This document shows positions 53,638 through 64,000 of a DNA stretch of 64,000 nt, in pieces (position 1 is the stretch's first letter; every line of letters begins with the position of its first letter). The notes under the pieces are model-generated. The model saw only the letters and a program-made list of their open reading frames with translations, did not search any database and had not been told where the DNA came from. The DNA comes from an uncultured Poribacteria bacterium. GTDB lineage: Bacteria > Poribacteria > WGA-4E > WGA-3G. The stretch lies in NCBI GenBank assembly GCA_951828515.1, contig OX639992.1, positions 4,304,509 through 4,368,508 on the forward strand, read 5' to 3'. The translations under genes and the position numbers were made by a program.

Positions 53638-55086
53638 TTGCTGATGGCTATCTCAAAAAAATATGGGCGAGGAAGGGAGTTCCTCGCCCAAAAGGAATTA
53701 ATTGATAGCAAAATGCTTGCAGAGGCGGAGAGTGAAGATCCAAATAAAAACCGAAGCCAAGCCGCTGAAGACTTGCGGCAGATTGTCGCCACAATCGGCA
53801 AGCGTGGACATCCGGGTGAACAGATTCGATGTGTTGTCTCTGTTGCCATGCTCAACGAGGGTTGGGACGCAAACAACGTCACACATATTCTGGGGCTACG
53901 TGCCTTCACCAGCCAACTGCTCTGTGAGCAGGTCGTCGGACGCGGATTGCGACGCATGAATTACACACCCGATCCAGAGACAGGTCTGCTCACTGAGGAA
54001 TACGTTGATGTCTACGGCATCCCGTTTTCGGTGATACCTTTCAGAGGCAGAACCACGAATGCCCGCGCCCCCGATGACAAACCCAAAAACCACGTCCGTG
54101 CACTATCGGATCGTGAACATTTTGAGATCCGATTTCCAGTGGTAGAAGGATACGCCTTTGCACTCCAAAAGAACGAAATCAAGGCAGATATTGAATCCAC
54201 AGAACCGTTGAGCCTCCAACCCGAAATTAACCCCACAGCACTCTATGTCAAACCCGCTGTCGGGTATGAAACCGGCGCGCCTTCTGCATCAGGTCCTGGC
54301 ACGGTGGAACTACAAGACCGTGAGGAATATTATCAAACCACGCACCTCCAAGCCATCAAATTCGGAATTGCGCATCGGATTGTCCACAAATTGGTCGGCG
54401 ATAGCCAAACCGCACCAGACCCAGACAGCAATCCGAAACTTCGGTTGCTCTCTCGGCACCGACTCTTTCCACAAGTCTTCAGGTTCGTTGATGCTTATGT
54501 CAAGGACAAGGTTGATTTCCGAGGGTGTGATCCCTGTGAACTTGGACAGGAAAAATACGTGACGCGTATTGTCGAACGACTCATGACTGCGATCCAACCC
54601 GATGAAACAAAGGGTGAAATCCCGCTCCTGCCCATCCTTAACCGCTATGCACCCATCGGTACATCTGCGGATGTTGACTTTCTCACACCGCGTCCATGTA
54701 CCGAAACACTACGGAGTCATGTGAATCAGGTCGTACTGGATACCGGCACCTGGGAACGCGCAGCCAAATTTCGGCTGGAGCAATCCGAACTTGTAGAATG
54801 TTATGTCCGCAACGATCACCTCGGACTCGGAATCCCTTATGAACACGATGGCGTATCTCACCTCTACGAACCCGATTTTATCGTCAGACTCACAAACGGT
54901 GTCCACCTCGTTTTGGAGATTAAAGGTTTTGAACCCGATCAAGTGCACGCTAAACACGCTGCCGCCAGACGATGGGTGTCCGCTGTCAATAACTGGGGCA
55001 AACTGAAGAAATGGGATTTCCTTGTCTGTAGAGATCCACAACTGCTGGGACAAGAATTAGATCAACTGGTCGCTTCTGAAGGTTAA
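53638..55086 (+). pseudogene. 5'-truncated type III restriction (Res) subunit
   Basis: TIGK.G.PGEQIRCVVSVAMLNEGWDA, QLLCEQVVGRGLRR, YEPDFIV..LEIKG; N-terminal Walker A/DEAH part and Mod gene missing. Confidence 0.8.
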
Positions 55087-55127
55087 TATCTACAGTTCCG
55101 TTAACGCCCGTGCGGTTAGAAACCACA

Positions 55128-55447
55128 CCATAGGTGTAAATTTAAGAAAAAACTGCTCATGGCATCGTAGGTTGGGTAGAACGGATGCCACCAAACCGCA
55201 AAAAATCAGAGAAAAACGAAGGTTCCTCCATACACGCTACATCAAATAGAGACGGAGTGAAACCCAACGCTTTTGTTCTCAAGTGCCTGCTGTGCCTCTA
55301 ACGGTATAAAGTTGGGTTTCACTCTGTTCTTGCGGGTATATGGCAGCATCTGGAATTTGAGGTGTATTTGAAACATCGACATCTCTTCTCTCACCGTCGT
55401 TCTACCCAACCTACGGGATCACAGAAACCCTAAATTGACACCTATGG
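55128..55447. mobile_element. MITE-like element (CCATAGGTGTAAATTTAAG / CTAAATTGACACCTATGG) enclosing an inverted REP doublet
   Basis: Ends shared with 52609-52884; internal CGTAGGTTGGGTAGAACG / CGTTCTACCCAACCTACG. Confidence 0.65.
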
Positions 55448-55742
55448 TGCGGTTAGAAACCACACCATAAATGTTAATTTAACGCGTAGATTGGGTAGAT
55501 TCGGATGAAACCCAACTGCATACTAAAGCCTTTGAAAAGACAAAGCACACCAAAATCCGCGAAATCTGTCAAATCCGCGTCAATCCGCGATTCAGACGAT
55601 TAACACCTGCCAACTTTAAACCAAATCGCTGACTGCTGACTGCTAAAATACATTTGACATAAACTTCTGAATCTGCTACGGTATTAAGAATTGACCCTTC
55701 GTTTAAAAAAACAGCCACGCAAATTACAAACAAGGAAACGCT

Positions 55743-58436
55743 ATGGCACGTTCAAAACAGTCTGACCTGTCATTAATGGACCTTTATAAACACGTAAAAA
55801 AACAGCACGGAGATGCCATACTCCTGTGTCGGGTCGGCGATTTCTATGAAGCCTTCTTCGAAGATGCTGAACGCATTGCTCGTCTGCTTGAGATCGCCTT
55901 GACAGCGAGAAGCCATAAAAACCAAACATCCCCGCCGCCACCGATGGCAGGGATCCCGCACCACGCACTCGATTCCTATCTCTACAAACTCGTCAAAGCC
56001 GGACATAAAGTCGCTATTTTGGAGCAGACCGAGGACGCAAAACTCGCACGAGACGAGAATCGACTCGTCAAACGCGATGTCGTCCGAATCGTTACACCTG
56101 GCACCGTGACCGACCCAAAGGTGCTTGAGCATAAGGTAAACAACTACATCATCTCGATTTATCCCAACAAAGGCATTTACGGTGTCGCTGTTGCGGATCT
56201 CTCCACAGGTGAATTTCTGGTAACCGAACTCACAGATCCTTCACGTCTCTGGGCGGAAATCCACCGTTTTTCCCCGAAAGAGTGCCTCTTTGCCGACACT
56301 TTTGAAGATGAGGAGATGTTTGAGCGTCTCAAGACCGAACTCAAAATGACACTTAATTTCCTACCCGATTGGCGATTTGAAGTGGATACGGCTCGGACGG
56401 AACTCCTCGAACATTTCCAAACAATTTCGCTCGACGGGTTCGGATGCGAACACCTGCCCACGGCTATCTCTGCCGCTGGCGCGCTCGTCTATTACCTGAA
56501 TGAAACGCAGAAACAGGAAGTCGAACACATTGTCTCCCTTCAGACCTACACGCTCTCGGATTTCATGGTACTGGATGCCGATACACAGCGTAACCTTGAA
56601 CTGACAGCCTCCATTCGCGACGGTTCCACGAAAGGCACACTCCTCGAAGTCCTTGATGAGACGGTGACAGCGATGGGGGGCAGAAGGATACGTCAGTGCC
56701 TCTTGCAACCCTTGCTTGATGAGAAAGAGATTGAGGCGCGCCTCGGTGCAGTTGACGAACTCAAAACCCAGATTAACTTGCAGGAAGAATTGAGAGACGC
56801 ACTCGGACAGATGTACGATATCGAGCGACTCATTTCTCGTATCAGTCTCGGTTCTGTGAATGGACGCGACCTACATGCGCTCAAGGATTCCCTTCACCTG
56901 ATTCCCGATGTTAAAGCGCAACTCCAAAACTGCAGTAGTGCCTTGTTGGTATCCCTCAATGACACGTTGGATCCGCTTCCAGACTTAATCGCGTTGATTG
57001 AACACGGCATCCATCCCAATCCACCCGCGACAATCCGTGAAGGCGACATCATAAATGACGGTTACAGTGAGGAACTCGATGAACTTCGGCAGATTGTAGG
57101 ACAGGGCAAAGACTGGATAGCCGCTATGCAGGAAGAGGAACGCAAACGCAGCGGTATCCAATCCTTGAAGATCGGATTTAACCAGGTCTTCGGCTACTAC
57201 ATCGACGTGACGAAGCCGAATCTGGACATGGTGCCTGAACATTATATCCGTAAACAGACGCTTCGGAACTCCGAACGGTTCATCACACCGGAACTCAAGG
57301 AGCAGGAGGCGAAGGTCCTCAACGCCGAGGATCGGATACAGACTTTGGAATATGAACTCTTCTGTCAGATTCGTGAAGATGTGTCGAAATATACGGAAGT
57401 TATACAGAAAATCGCCGCGGCACTCGCGATGATCGATGTCCTTGCCAACTTCGCGTATATCGCATCGAAATACAACTATGTAAAACCTACCGTCGCGGCG
57501 GTGGACGAGATCGTTATCCGGGATGGCAGGCACCCGGTTGTCGAGCAGTTGTTCACGCAAGAGGGGTTTGTTCCCAACGATACGCTACTCAACTGCGACG
57601 ATGAGCAGTTACATATCATCACGGGACCGAACATGAGCGGCAAAAGCACGTATCTGCGTCAGACAGCACTCATCGTTTTGATGGCACAGATTGGGTGTTT
57701 CGTGCCTGCCTCCGCTGCGAAGATCGGCTTGGTAGACCGGATTTTCACACGGGTTGGGGCATCGGACAATCTCGTCATGGGGCAGAGCACGTTCCTCGTT
57801 GAGATGAACGAGACGGCGAATATTCTCAACAATGCCACCCGCAATAGCCTCGTTATCTTTGACGAAGTCGGACGCGGCACCAGCACGTTTGATGGACTCA
57901 GCATCGCTTGGGCGGTTTCGGAGTATCTCTTAGATGAGAAGCGCATGGGCGCGAAAACGCTCTTCGCAACCCACTATCACGAGTTGGTGGAACTCGCCAG
58001 CAAATATAAACGTGCCAAGAACTACAATGTCGCCGTTCATGAAGATGGACAGAAGGTAACCTTTCTCCGAAAAGTTGTCCCCGGTGGCGCAGACCAAAGC
58101 TACGGTATCCACGTCGCACGGCTCGCAGGGCTACCGCAAGTTGTAATCACACGCGCACAGCAGATACTTGAGGTGCTCGAACAGCACAATCTCAGTGTTG
58201 AAGCGGATGGGGCGACGGGTCAGTCCCCGAAAACACATCCGACACTGCCGAAACCGCGCCGCCGTGTCTCCCGAAAAACACTGCAGAGCGATTCCCTGCA
58301 GTTGGCACTCTTTACCCCGAAGACGCATCCGCTCGTCGAAGAAATCCGACGGCTGGAACTTACGCAGGTAACCCCTTTGGATGCAGTGAATATTCTCTAT
58401 GATTTGAAGGCGAAGGCAGAGGAATCTGAGGGTTAG
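55743..58436 (+). CDS. mutS: DNA mismatch repair protein MutS
   Basis: GDFYE, TPGT, TGPNMSGKSTYLRQ, GQSTFLVEM, DEVGRGT, FATHYHEL, SYGIHVA.LAG. Confidence 0.97.
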   Translation: MARSKQSDLSLMDLYKHVKKQHGDAILLCRVGDFYEAFFEDAERIARLLEIALTARSHKNQTSPPPPMAGIPHHALDSYLYKLVKAGHKVAILEQTEDAKLARDENRLVKRDVVRIVTPGTVTDPKVLEHKVNNYIISIYPNKGIYGVAVADLSTGEFLVTELTDPSRLWAEIHRFSPKECLFADTFEDEEMFERLKTELKMTLNFLPDWRFEVDTARTELLEHFQTISLDGFGCEHLPTAISAAGALVYYLNETQKQEVEHIVSLQTYTLSDFMVLDADTQRNLELTASIRDGSTKGTLLEVLDETVTAMGGRRIRQCLLQPLLDEKEIEARLGAVDELKTQINLQEELRDALGQMYDIERLISRISLGSVNGRDLHALKDSLHLIPDVKAQLQNCSSALLVSLNDTLDPLPDLIALIEHGIHPNPPATIREGDIINDGYSEELDELRQIVGQGKDWIAAMQEEERKRSGIQSLKIGFNQVFGYYIDVTKPNLDMVPEHYIRKQTLRNSERFITPELKEQEAKVLNAEDRIQTLEYELFCQIREDVSKYTEVIQKIAAALAMIDVLANFAYIASKYNYVKPTVAAVDEIVIRDGRHPVVEQLFTQEGFVPNDTLLNCDDEQLHIITGPNMSGKSTYLRQTALIVLMAQIGCFVPASAAKIGLVDRIFTRVGASDNLVMGQSTFLVEMNETANILNNATRNSLVIFDEVGRGTSTFDGLSIAWAVSEYLLDEKRMGAKTLFATHYHELVELASKYKRAKNYNVAVHEDGQKVTFLRKVVPGGADQSYGIHVARLAGLPQVVITRAQQILEVLEQHNLSVEADGATGQSPKTHPTLPKPRRRVSRKTLQSDSLQLALFTPKTHPLVEEIRRLELTQVTPLDAVNILYDLKAKAEESEG

Positions 58437-58465
58437 GCGGCAGCTCGGAAGTCACGCGATCACGA

Positions 58466-59851
58466 TCATCGTGATGGCGTGCTTCCGCAGATGCAATCCC
58501 CTTCTAACGCACCGAGCGTAACGCGCTGAATCTGATTGATTGCGCTCTCTGGGGCGTCCACGAGGACACGGAGATAATTGTCAGTAAAGCCTGCGAGGTG
58601 GTTGTTTTCCCCTTCTCTGCTCGCTTCAATGAGCACCTCTTTCTGCTTTCCAAGCATCCGTTGTCGAAATGCCGTGTTCAGGCGTTCACCAAGCGCAATC
58701 ATCGTTTGGCTGCGTGCCGCAGAGGCGTGTGGAGATACCTGATCCGGATAGGTCGCCGCGGGCGTGCCTTTCCGAGGGGAATAGCGGAACACGTGCAATT
58801 GACTGAATCCGATGTCCTCGACGAATTGGCAAGACTCTTCAAAATGGGCATCCGTTTCGCCGGGAAATCCGACCATAATGTCAGTCGTAATCCCGACATC
58901 ATCGCCAAAGACGCGTCGTAAGTTCTCAACGAGATGTGCGAATTCTGACGTGGTGTAACGCCGACGCATCTGTCGCAGTACCTCATCTGAACCGGCTTGG
59001 AGTGGAAGGTGGAAGTGCGGCATGCATTTCGGAAGTGCCGCCATCCGCTCGCCAAGGGTATCTGGGAAATACATCGGTTCAATCGAGCTGAAACGGATGC
59101 GTTCAATGCCTTCGATGTCGTGGATATGCTCTAAAATGTTGGCGATGTCTTTTTCCCGACCAGTGTCCACGCCGTAAGCACCGAGATGTACACCAGTGAT
59201 GACGACTTCTTTGATACCGCTGTCAGCGATGCGATGGGCTTCGTCAGCAATGTCAGCGAGTGGACGGCTTGTCATCCTACCGCGCACGTACGGGATGATA
59301 CAATAAGTACAGAAGGCACTGCAGCCGTCTTGCACTTTGATAAGCGCACGCGTGCGTTTACCGGCATCACTGACACCTTTGCTAAAGCGTGCGTGTTCGC
59401 GAACCGCATCGTGTTGAACGGGTTCTATGGCGAGGAGTGGGTTCGATGTGTGAGATGCCTCTGCTGTCGAGGTTTCTAACCTCGCTTCGGATGATGTTTC
59501 GGTGTGCAATACATCGAGATATTGCTGAAAATCCGCCTTTTCTCGGTTGCCGAAAACGAACGTCACGCCGGGTATCTCTTCAATCGCCTCGCGGTCGCTT
59601 TCCGCATAGCAACCTGTGACGAGCACTTTCGCATTCGGATGCTGTCGGATCGATCTCCGAATAACTTGCCGTGCTTTCTGATCGGCGGTGTTTGTTACGG
59701 TGCATGTGTTGATGAGATAGAGGTCAGTCTGCTGTTGAGATGTCCCTTCCTCAACAACAGTATATCCGTTGCGCCGAAGTGTTTCGCGCATAGATTGCGT
59801 ATCGTATTGATTGACCTTACAGCCCATCGTAATCAGTTTTGCAGTTTTCAT
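58466..59851 (-). CDS. mtaB: tRNA t6A37 methylthiotransferase MtaB
   Basis: GCKVNQYD, INTCTVT, KVQDGCSAFCTYC, C-terminal TRAM-like domain. Confidence 0.9.
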   Translation of the reverse strand: MKTAKLITMGCKVNQYDTQSMRETLRRNGYTVVEEGTSQQQTDLYLINTCTVTNTADQKARQVIRRSIRQHPNAKVLVTGCYAESDREAIEEIPGVTFVFGNREKADFQQYLDVLHTETSSEARLETSTAEASHTSNPLLAIEPVQHDAVREHARFSKGVSDAGKRTRALIKVQDGCSAFCTYCIIPYVRGRMTSRPLADIADEAHRIADSGIKEVVITGVHLGAYGVDTGREKDIANILEHIHDIEGIERIRFSSIEPMYFPDTLGERMAALPKCMPHFHLPLQAGSDEVLRQMRRRYTTSEFAHLVENLRRVFGDDVGITTDIMVGFPGETDAHFEESCQFVEDIGFSQLHVFRYSPRKGTPAATYPDQVSPHASAARSQTMIALGERLNTAFRQRMLGKQKEVLIEASREGENNHLAGFTDNYLRVLVDAPESAINQIQRVTLGALEGDCICGSTPSR

Positions 59852-60182
59852 GTTTTTTGGTCGGTTTAGTTTCTATTTTTAAACAAATATTATAACGAGT
59901 TTTTACCTGAATTGCAAGTATGATGTAGTTGTTAAGCAGGGACATTTAGTTCTCCAAAATTTTAGATGTTCGATTTTAGCGGATCCGCTGTAGGAGCGAG
60001 CTCCAGCTCGCGACTCTTCGCGTAAATTGGACAAAAACCTTAAAACTAAATAGCCCTGAGTTGTTAAGCGTATCCAGTTTCAGTAATTATCGGCTATCAG
60101 TTTTCAGGGATCGGTTAAGAGAATTGATTTAAAAAACACCTCTTTAACCGACAACCGAAGACCGATAACCGACAACCGTCTC

Positions 60183-61151
60183 TTATGATAATTCAACCGC
60201 TTTGCCGGTCCGTGCGCATTCGTAGATAGCCATGTTGAGTGCGACAGAGCGTCTGCCTTCATAACCATCCACTGCCGGTGAACCACCATCGTTGATGACT
60301 TGGAGCGCATCCTCGATTACACTATTCGGATACGGCGGAAGTTCGATGTTCGGTTCATCATCGACGAACTCCCACATGTCCGGTCCGAGACCGACGATGC
60401 CTTTTTCGCCGTGAACGTGGATCATTGAGACACTGCTGCCGGGGAAAGTTGTCGTCGTCAGGACGTGTCCGAGCGCGCCGTTTTCAAATTCGAGAATCGC
60501 TGAGGTCATGTCCTCGGTTTCACAATTTTCGTGATCGTAGACGTCGAAGTGCGCACCGATAACCCGTTTGACGGGACCCATGAACCAGAGCATCAGGTCG
60601 ATGTAATGCACACCTTGGTTCATGATAGAGCCGCCACCGTCGAGTTTCCATGTGCCGTGCCAACCGACGTAGTAGCTATCCGGACGTTTCCACTTCATGC
60701 GGAGTTCGCAGAGCAGGGGTCTACCGAGACCACCCGTTGCAAGAACGTGCTGGATTTGGCGGTTATGTGTGCCGTATCGCTCGCCAAAATCGACAAGTAG
60801 CTTGACATCGTTGTCTTCGCAAGTTTTGATGAGGGAGTTGCAATTTTCGACGCTGACGTCCATCGGTTTTGTAGTGATGACGTGTTTCCCGCGGCGTGCC
60901 GCTTCTTCTCCAAATCTGCCATGGAGACCGCTCGGAGTCATAATCATTGCCACGTCAATATCGTCGCGATCGAACATCTCAAGCGCGTCGTCGTGGCTTT
61001 CGCAGCCGAAGCGTTCTTCAGCCGTTTTACGCCGCTCTTCGACGAGATCCGCCACTGCGACAAGTTCTGCACCGTCCGTGTCGTGGATTACACCGGAGCG
61101 ATTCATGCCCATACCTAAACCGACAACACCAAAACGTAGAGTATTAGCCAT
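60183..61151 (-). CDS. Gfo/Idh/MocA oxidoreductase
   Basis: GVVGLG, TPSGLH, KHV..KP, GGG..MNQGVH.ID. Confidence 0.92.
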   Translation of the reverse strand: MANTLRFGVVGLGMGMNRSGVIHDTDGAELVAVADLVEERRKTAEERFGCESHDDALEMFDRDDIDVAMIMTPSGLHGRFGEEAARRGKHVITTKPMDVSVENCNSLIKTCEDNDVKLLVDFGERYGTHNRQIQHVLATGGLGRPLLCELRMKWKRPDSYYVGWHGTWKLDGGGSIMNQGVHYIDLMLWFMGPVKRVIGAHFDVYDHENCETEDMTSAILEFENGALGHVLTTTTFPGSSVSMIHVHGEKGIVGLGPDMWEFVDDEPNIELPPYPNSVIEDALQVINDGGSPAVDGYEGRRSVALNMAIYECARTGKAVELS

Positions 61152-61320
61152 TAGAAAATCTCCTTTTTTATAACTCGTCAGGGGAATAGCCCTCAACCTT
61201 CAGCAGTCAGCCTTCAGCAAGACGGTATAACTTCACCAGAAAACCTCTTAACTGAAGGTTTCCGATGGCTGATTGCCGATAGCCAATATGCTGACCGCTA
61301 TTATACCATATACATAATCT

Positions 61321-62994
61321 ATGCGTTACAAAAAATTAACAATACCCACAATCGGTTTTACCGTTCTTCTCTTTATCTTACACGCCGTGTTGAAATCCGC
61401 ATTCGCACAACCCGTTTCTTCACAAAACCAAGGCGTGCGTTTCACCGATATAACAACGGAACTCGGTATCGAATTTCGGCATGTAAACGGTGAGAGCGGT
61501 AAGAAGTATTTTATTGAACCGATCGGCAGTGGCGTCGCACTCTTCGATTTTGACAATGATGCAGATTTGGATCTCTACTTCGTCAACGGTAGCGATTTGC
61601 CCGGAATATCCCCTTCTATTCCGCCGACAAACCGTCTTTATCGCAATGACGGTGGCACTTTCATCGATATAACGGACACGGCTTCTGTCGGTGATACGGG
61701 CTATGGGTTGGGGTGCTGCGTCGGTGATTACAACAACGATGGTTTCACGGATCTCTATGTGACGAACTACGGTCCAAACGTGCTGTATCTCAACAATGGA
61801 GACGGCACGTTTACGGATGTTGCTGCCACTGCTGGTGTTGATGGCAATCAATTCAGTAGTGGCTGTGCTTTTGTAGACGTTGATGCCGACGGCTATCTGG
61901 ATCTCTATGTCGTCAACTATGTCCAGTTCGATCCAGAGACGAACCCAGAATGCACCCGACAAGGTATTCTAACGTATTGCACACCCGAAGCACTCCCCGG
62001 CGTTGCCGATGTATTTTACCGGAATAACGGTGACGGCACCTTCACGGATGTTTCGGAAAAGTTAGGGGTTGGTAGGGCAAATGGAAAAGGATTAGGGGTT
62101 GTCTGTGGTGATGTGGATAACGATGGGGATGTCGATGTTTTCGTTGCGAACGATACCACCCCGAATTTTCTTTATCGCAACGAACGGAACGGTGTGGCAA
62201 TGACGGAGGACGCGCTTTTCGCAGGTGTTGCACTCAGCGAGGAAGGGCGCGCCTATAGCGGGATGGGCGCGAATCTCGGTGATTTTGACAACGATGGCTA
62301 TCTCGATATCGTGATTACGAATTTTCAGGATCAGACAAATAGTCTCTATCACAATGCCCAGAGCGGATTCTTTACCGAGATGAGTTTCGCCACAGGGATT
62401 GGGGAGCGGAGTCTTCCGTATTTGGCGTGGGGTGCCGATTTCATTGACTTTAACAATGATGGCTGGTTAGATCTGTTTGTTGCCAACGGTCATCTGGATG
62501 ACAATATCGCGGAGATCGATCCAATCGGTACGTACGCACAACCGAATCAACTTTTTCTCAATGATCGAGGTATCAGGTTTTCAGAAAATCCTGACGCGGC
62601 GATAGCACAGCAGAAAGTGAGTCGAGGCACAGCCTTCGGTGATATTGATAACGATGGCGATATTGACATTGTTGTTTCAAACCTCAAAGACACGCCGACC
62701 GTTTTACGGAATGACGGTGGCAACGCGTCGCAGTGGCTGGCTGTCAAACTCATTGGCACGCATTGCAATCGAGATGCGATTGGGACACGAGTCACAATTG
62801 TTTCTGGGGGTTTAACCCAGATGCGTGAGGTCAAAAGCGGTTCGGGGTACCTCAGTCAAAACGATCTCCGTTTACATTTTGGGTTGGGTGCCGCGGTGTC
62901 GGTTGATACACTAACGGTGCGGTGGCTCTGTGGCAAAGTCCAAACCTTACAGGACGTCGAAACGAATCAGGTGCTTGTTATCTCCGAGAATTAA
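61321..62994 (+). CDS. CRTAC1-like FG-GAP repeat / ASPIC-UnbV protein, secreted
   Basis: Signal peptide, repeated D.DNDG..D, NRDAIG.RV, SGYLSQND.RLHFGLG. Confidence 0.92.
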   Translation: MRYKKLTIPTIGFTVLLFILHAVLKSAFAQPVSSQNQGVRFTDITTELGIEFRHVNGESGKKYFIEPIGSGVALFDFDNDADLDLYFVNGSDLPGISPSIPPTNRLYRNDGGTFIDITDTASVGDTGYGLGCCVGDYNNDGFTDLYVTNYGPNVLYLNNGDGTFTDVAATAGVDGNQFSSGCAFVDVDADGYLDLYVVNYVQFDPETNPECTRQGILTYCTPEALPGVADVFYRNNGDGTFTDVSEKLGVGRANGKGLGVVCGDVDNDGDVDVFVANDTTPNFLYRNERNGVAMTEDALFAGVALSEEGRAYSGMGANLGDFDNDGYLDIVITNFQDQTNSLYHNAQSGFFTEMSFATGIGERSLPYLAWGADFIDFNNDGWLDLFVANGHLDDNIAEIDPIGTYAQPNQLFLNDRGIRFSENPDAAIAQQKVSRGTAFGDIDNDGDIDIVVSNLKDTPTVLRNDGGNASQWLAVKLIGTHCNRDAIGTRVTIVSGGLTQMREVKSGSGYLSQNDLRLHFGLGAAVSVDTLTVRWLCGKVQTLQDVETNQVLVISEN

Positions 62995-63021
62995 CCTAAG
63001 TTGATACCGATCCGCCAAGGT

Positions 63022-63154
63022 TTCCGCTGTCGAGGTTTCTAACCTCGCCTACCGTCAAATCCTTCCCAGTTCCGCTGTCGAGGTTTCTAACCTCGCCTAC
63101 CGTCAAATCCTTCCCAGTTCCGCTGTCGAGGTTTCTAACCTCGCCTACCGTCAA
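63022..63154. repeat. 48-bp tandem repeat (2.8 copies), each with a REP palindrome
   Basis: TTCCGCTGTCGAGGTTTCTAACCTCGCCTACCGTCAAATCCTTCCCAG at 63022, 63070, 63118. Confidence 0.92.
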
Positions 63155-63310
63155 TGTTTAAGTAATTTGGGTTTTACTATATAATCTTACTTTTGTTCTG
63201 ATATACTATTCAAACCAGTTTGGGTGGCAGGGCAAAATGGACCGCATAATCCGCCTGTCACCCTCCCACCTTCGCAGGGGGATAAATCGACTGGGGATCG
63301 GGAAATTCAA

Positions 63311-63571
63311 ATGGATATGTTGGAGGAACTTAAAGCGCGTGACGAACGCATTGAAAGATTGGAACGCGCGCTGTTGTTGGTGCTGAGTTTAAACGTTGGA
63401 AATCATCTCGACAAATCTTCTCAGAATTGTTTTAGCCATGTCTCATCTTTCGCAGTCGAGCAGATGGAAACCCTTGTTGCGGAGTCTGGGAGCACGGAAA
63501 AGGTTATCGAGGCGTTGCTGGACGCCACTGAAAAACGGTTTCGTATTGAACTCGAGGCATTGAGTCGGTAA
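63311..63571 (+). CDS. Hypothetical protein (86 aa)
   Basis: ORF with coiled-coil-like N-terminus behind an extended -10 and structured leader. Confidence 0.55.
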   Translation: MDMLEELKARDERIERLERALLLVLSLNVGNHLDKSSQNCFSHVSSFAVEQMETLVAESGSTEKVIEALLDATEKRFRIELEALSR

Positions 63572-63761
63572 CCTTGTGGGACACGGCATATCATAAGGTA
63601 GATTAACCCGAGTTGCTGCCAACAAATTTCGGGTCTTCTCATAGCGTTTTCCAGGCACTTCCCACCCCGTAGGGGTGATATGTCTATAGAAAACAACGTG
63701 TATGAGCAATCGCACCCCGTAGGGGTGCTATGTCTATAAATAGATGGCAACTTGCGTTAAA

Positions 63762-64000
63762 TTAGGAAAGTGGTACCGCGTAATCGTCAGGATTGTCCTT
63801 TCGCCAATTCGGGAGATACCCTTCTTTGTGCCCAAAACCGTAGGACGGACCGATTTGATTGATGCTCGACCAGGGCCACGCTTGCCCACCGATGAGACGG
63901 AATTCCTCACCTTTGCCGCAGAGCCAGTAGAAGATATGCGCCACGTATCTCGCCACGCCGTGTCCTCCGTATTCGGCGGTTTGGATGTCAAATTCTGGCT
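63762..64000 (-). CDS. C-terminal part of a gene truncated by window edge (unknown product)
   Basis: Open frame PEFDIQTAEYGGHGVARYVAHIFYW...AVPLS*. Confidence 0.5.
   Translation of the reverse strand, partial: PEFDIQTAEYGGHGVARYVAHIFYWLCGKGEEFRLIGGQAWPWSSINQIGPSYGFGHKEGYLPNWRKDNPDDYAVPLS

Noticed and set aside
53261-53957. ORFs with HVAPLGL repeats
   Set aside because: Translations of AGCCCCAGCGGGGCG REP arrays and antisense of the Res fragment.
63022-63154. Possible CRISPR array (palindromic repeat x3)
   Set aside because: Intervening sequences are identical, the period is only 48 bp, the palindrome is a REP, and no cas genes are present.

Overview
Bacterial genomic window whose gene repertoire resembles that reported for the sponge symbiont Candidatus Poribacteria (inference): four PhyH dioxygenases, BMC genes, CRTAC1/FG-GAP, and LRR/cadherin surface proteins ending in a 'LLANYPNPFNPETWIPY' domain. 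Housekeeping genes include ligA, mutS, mtaB, icd, a divergent citrate synthase and a UvrD helicase. Two tandem paralogous surface-protein genes share promoter, leader, signal peptide and C-terminus: one is broken by a frameshift plus an IS630 element, the other encodes ~4240 aa. Also present are PIN/HicB toxin-antitoxin genes, two ABC-ATPase + nuclease-like pairs and a truncated type III restriction gene. Intergenic DNA is full of nested REP/MITE-like repeats. Most striking: (1) a ~19-25 nt non-palindromic motif (GTTTTTGCTTGGGTGTTTC) sitting, in fixed orientation, inside several unrelated REP families; (2) a UvrD carrying a degenerate RecJ-like segment with an intact DEDDh exonuclease; (3) a REP embedded in frame in mtaB; (4) candidate structured leader RNAs. 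All calls were made by eye without database searches. No rRNA, tRNA or CRISPR array was seen.
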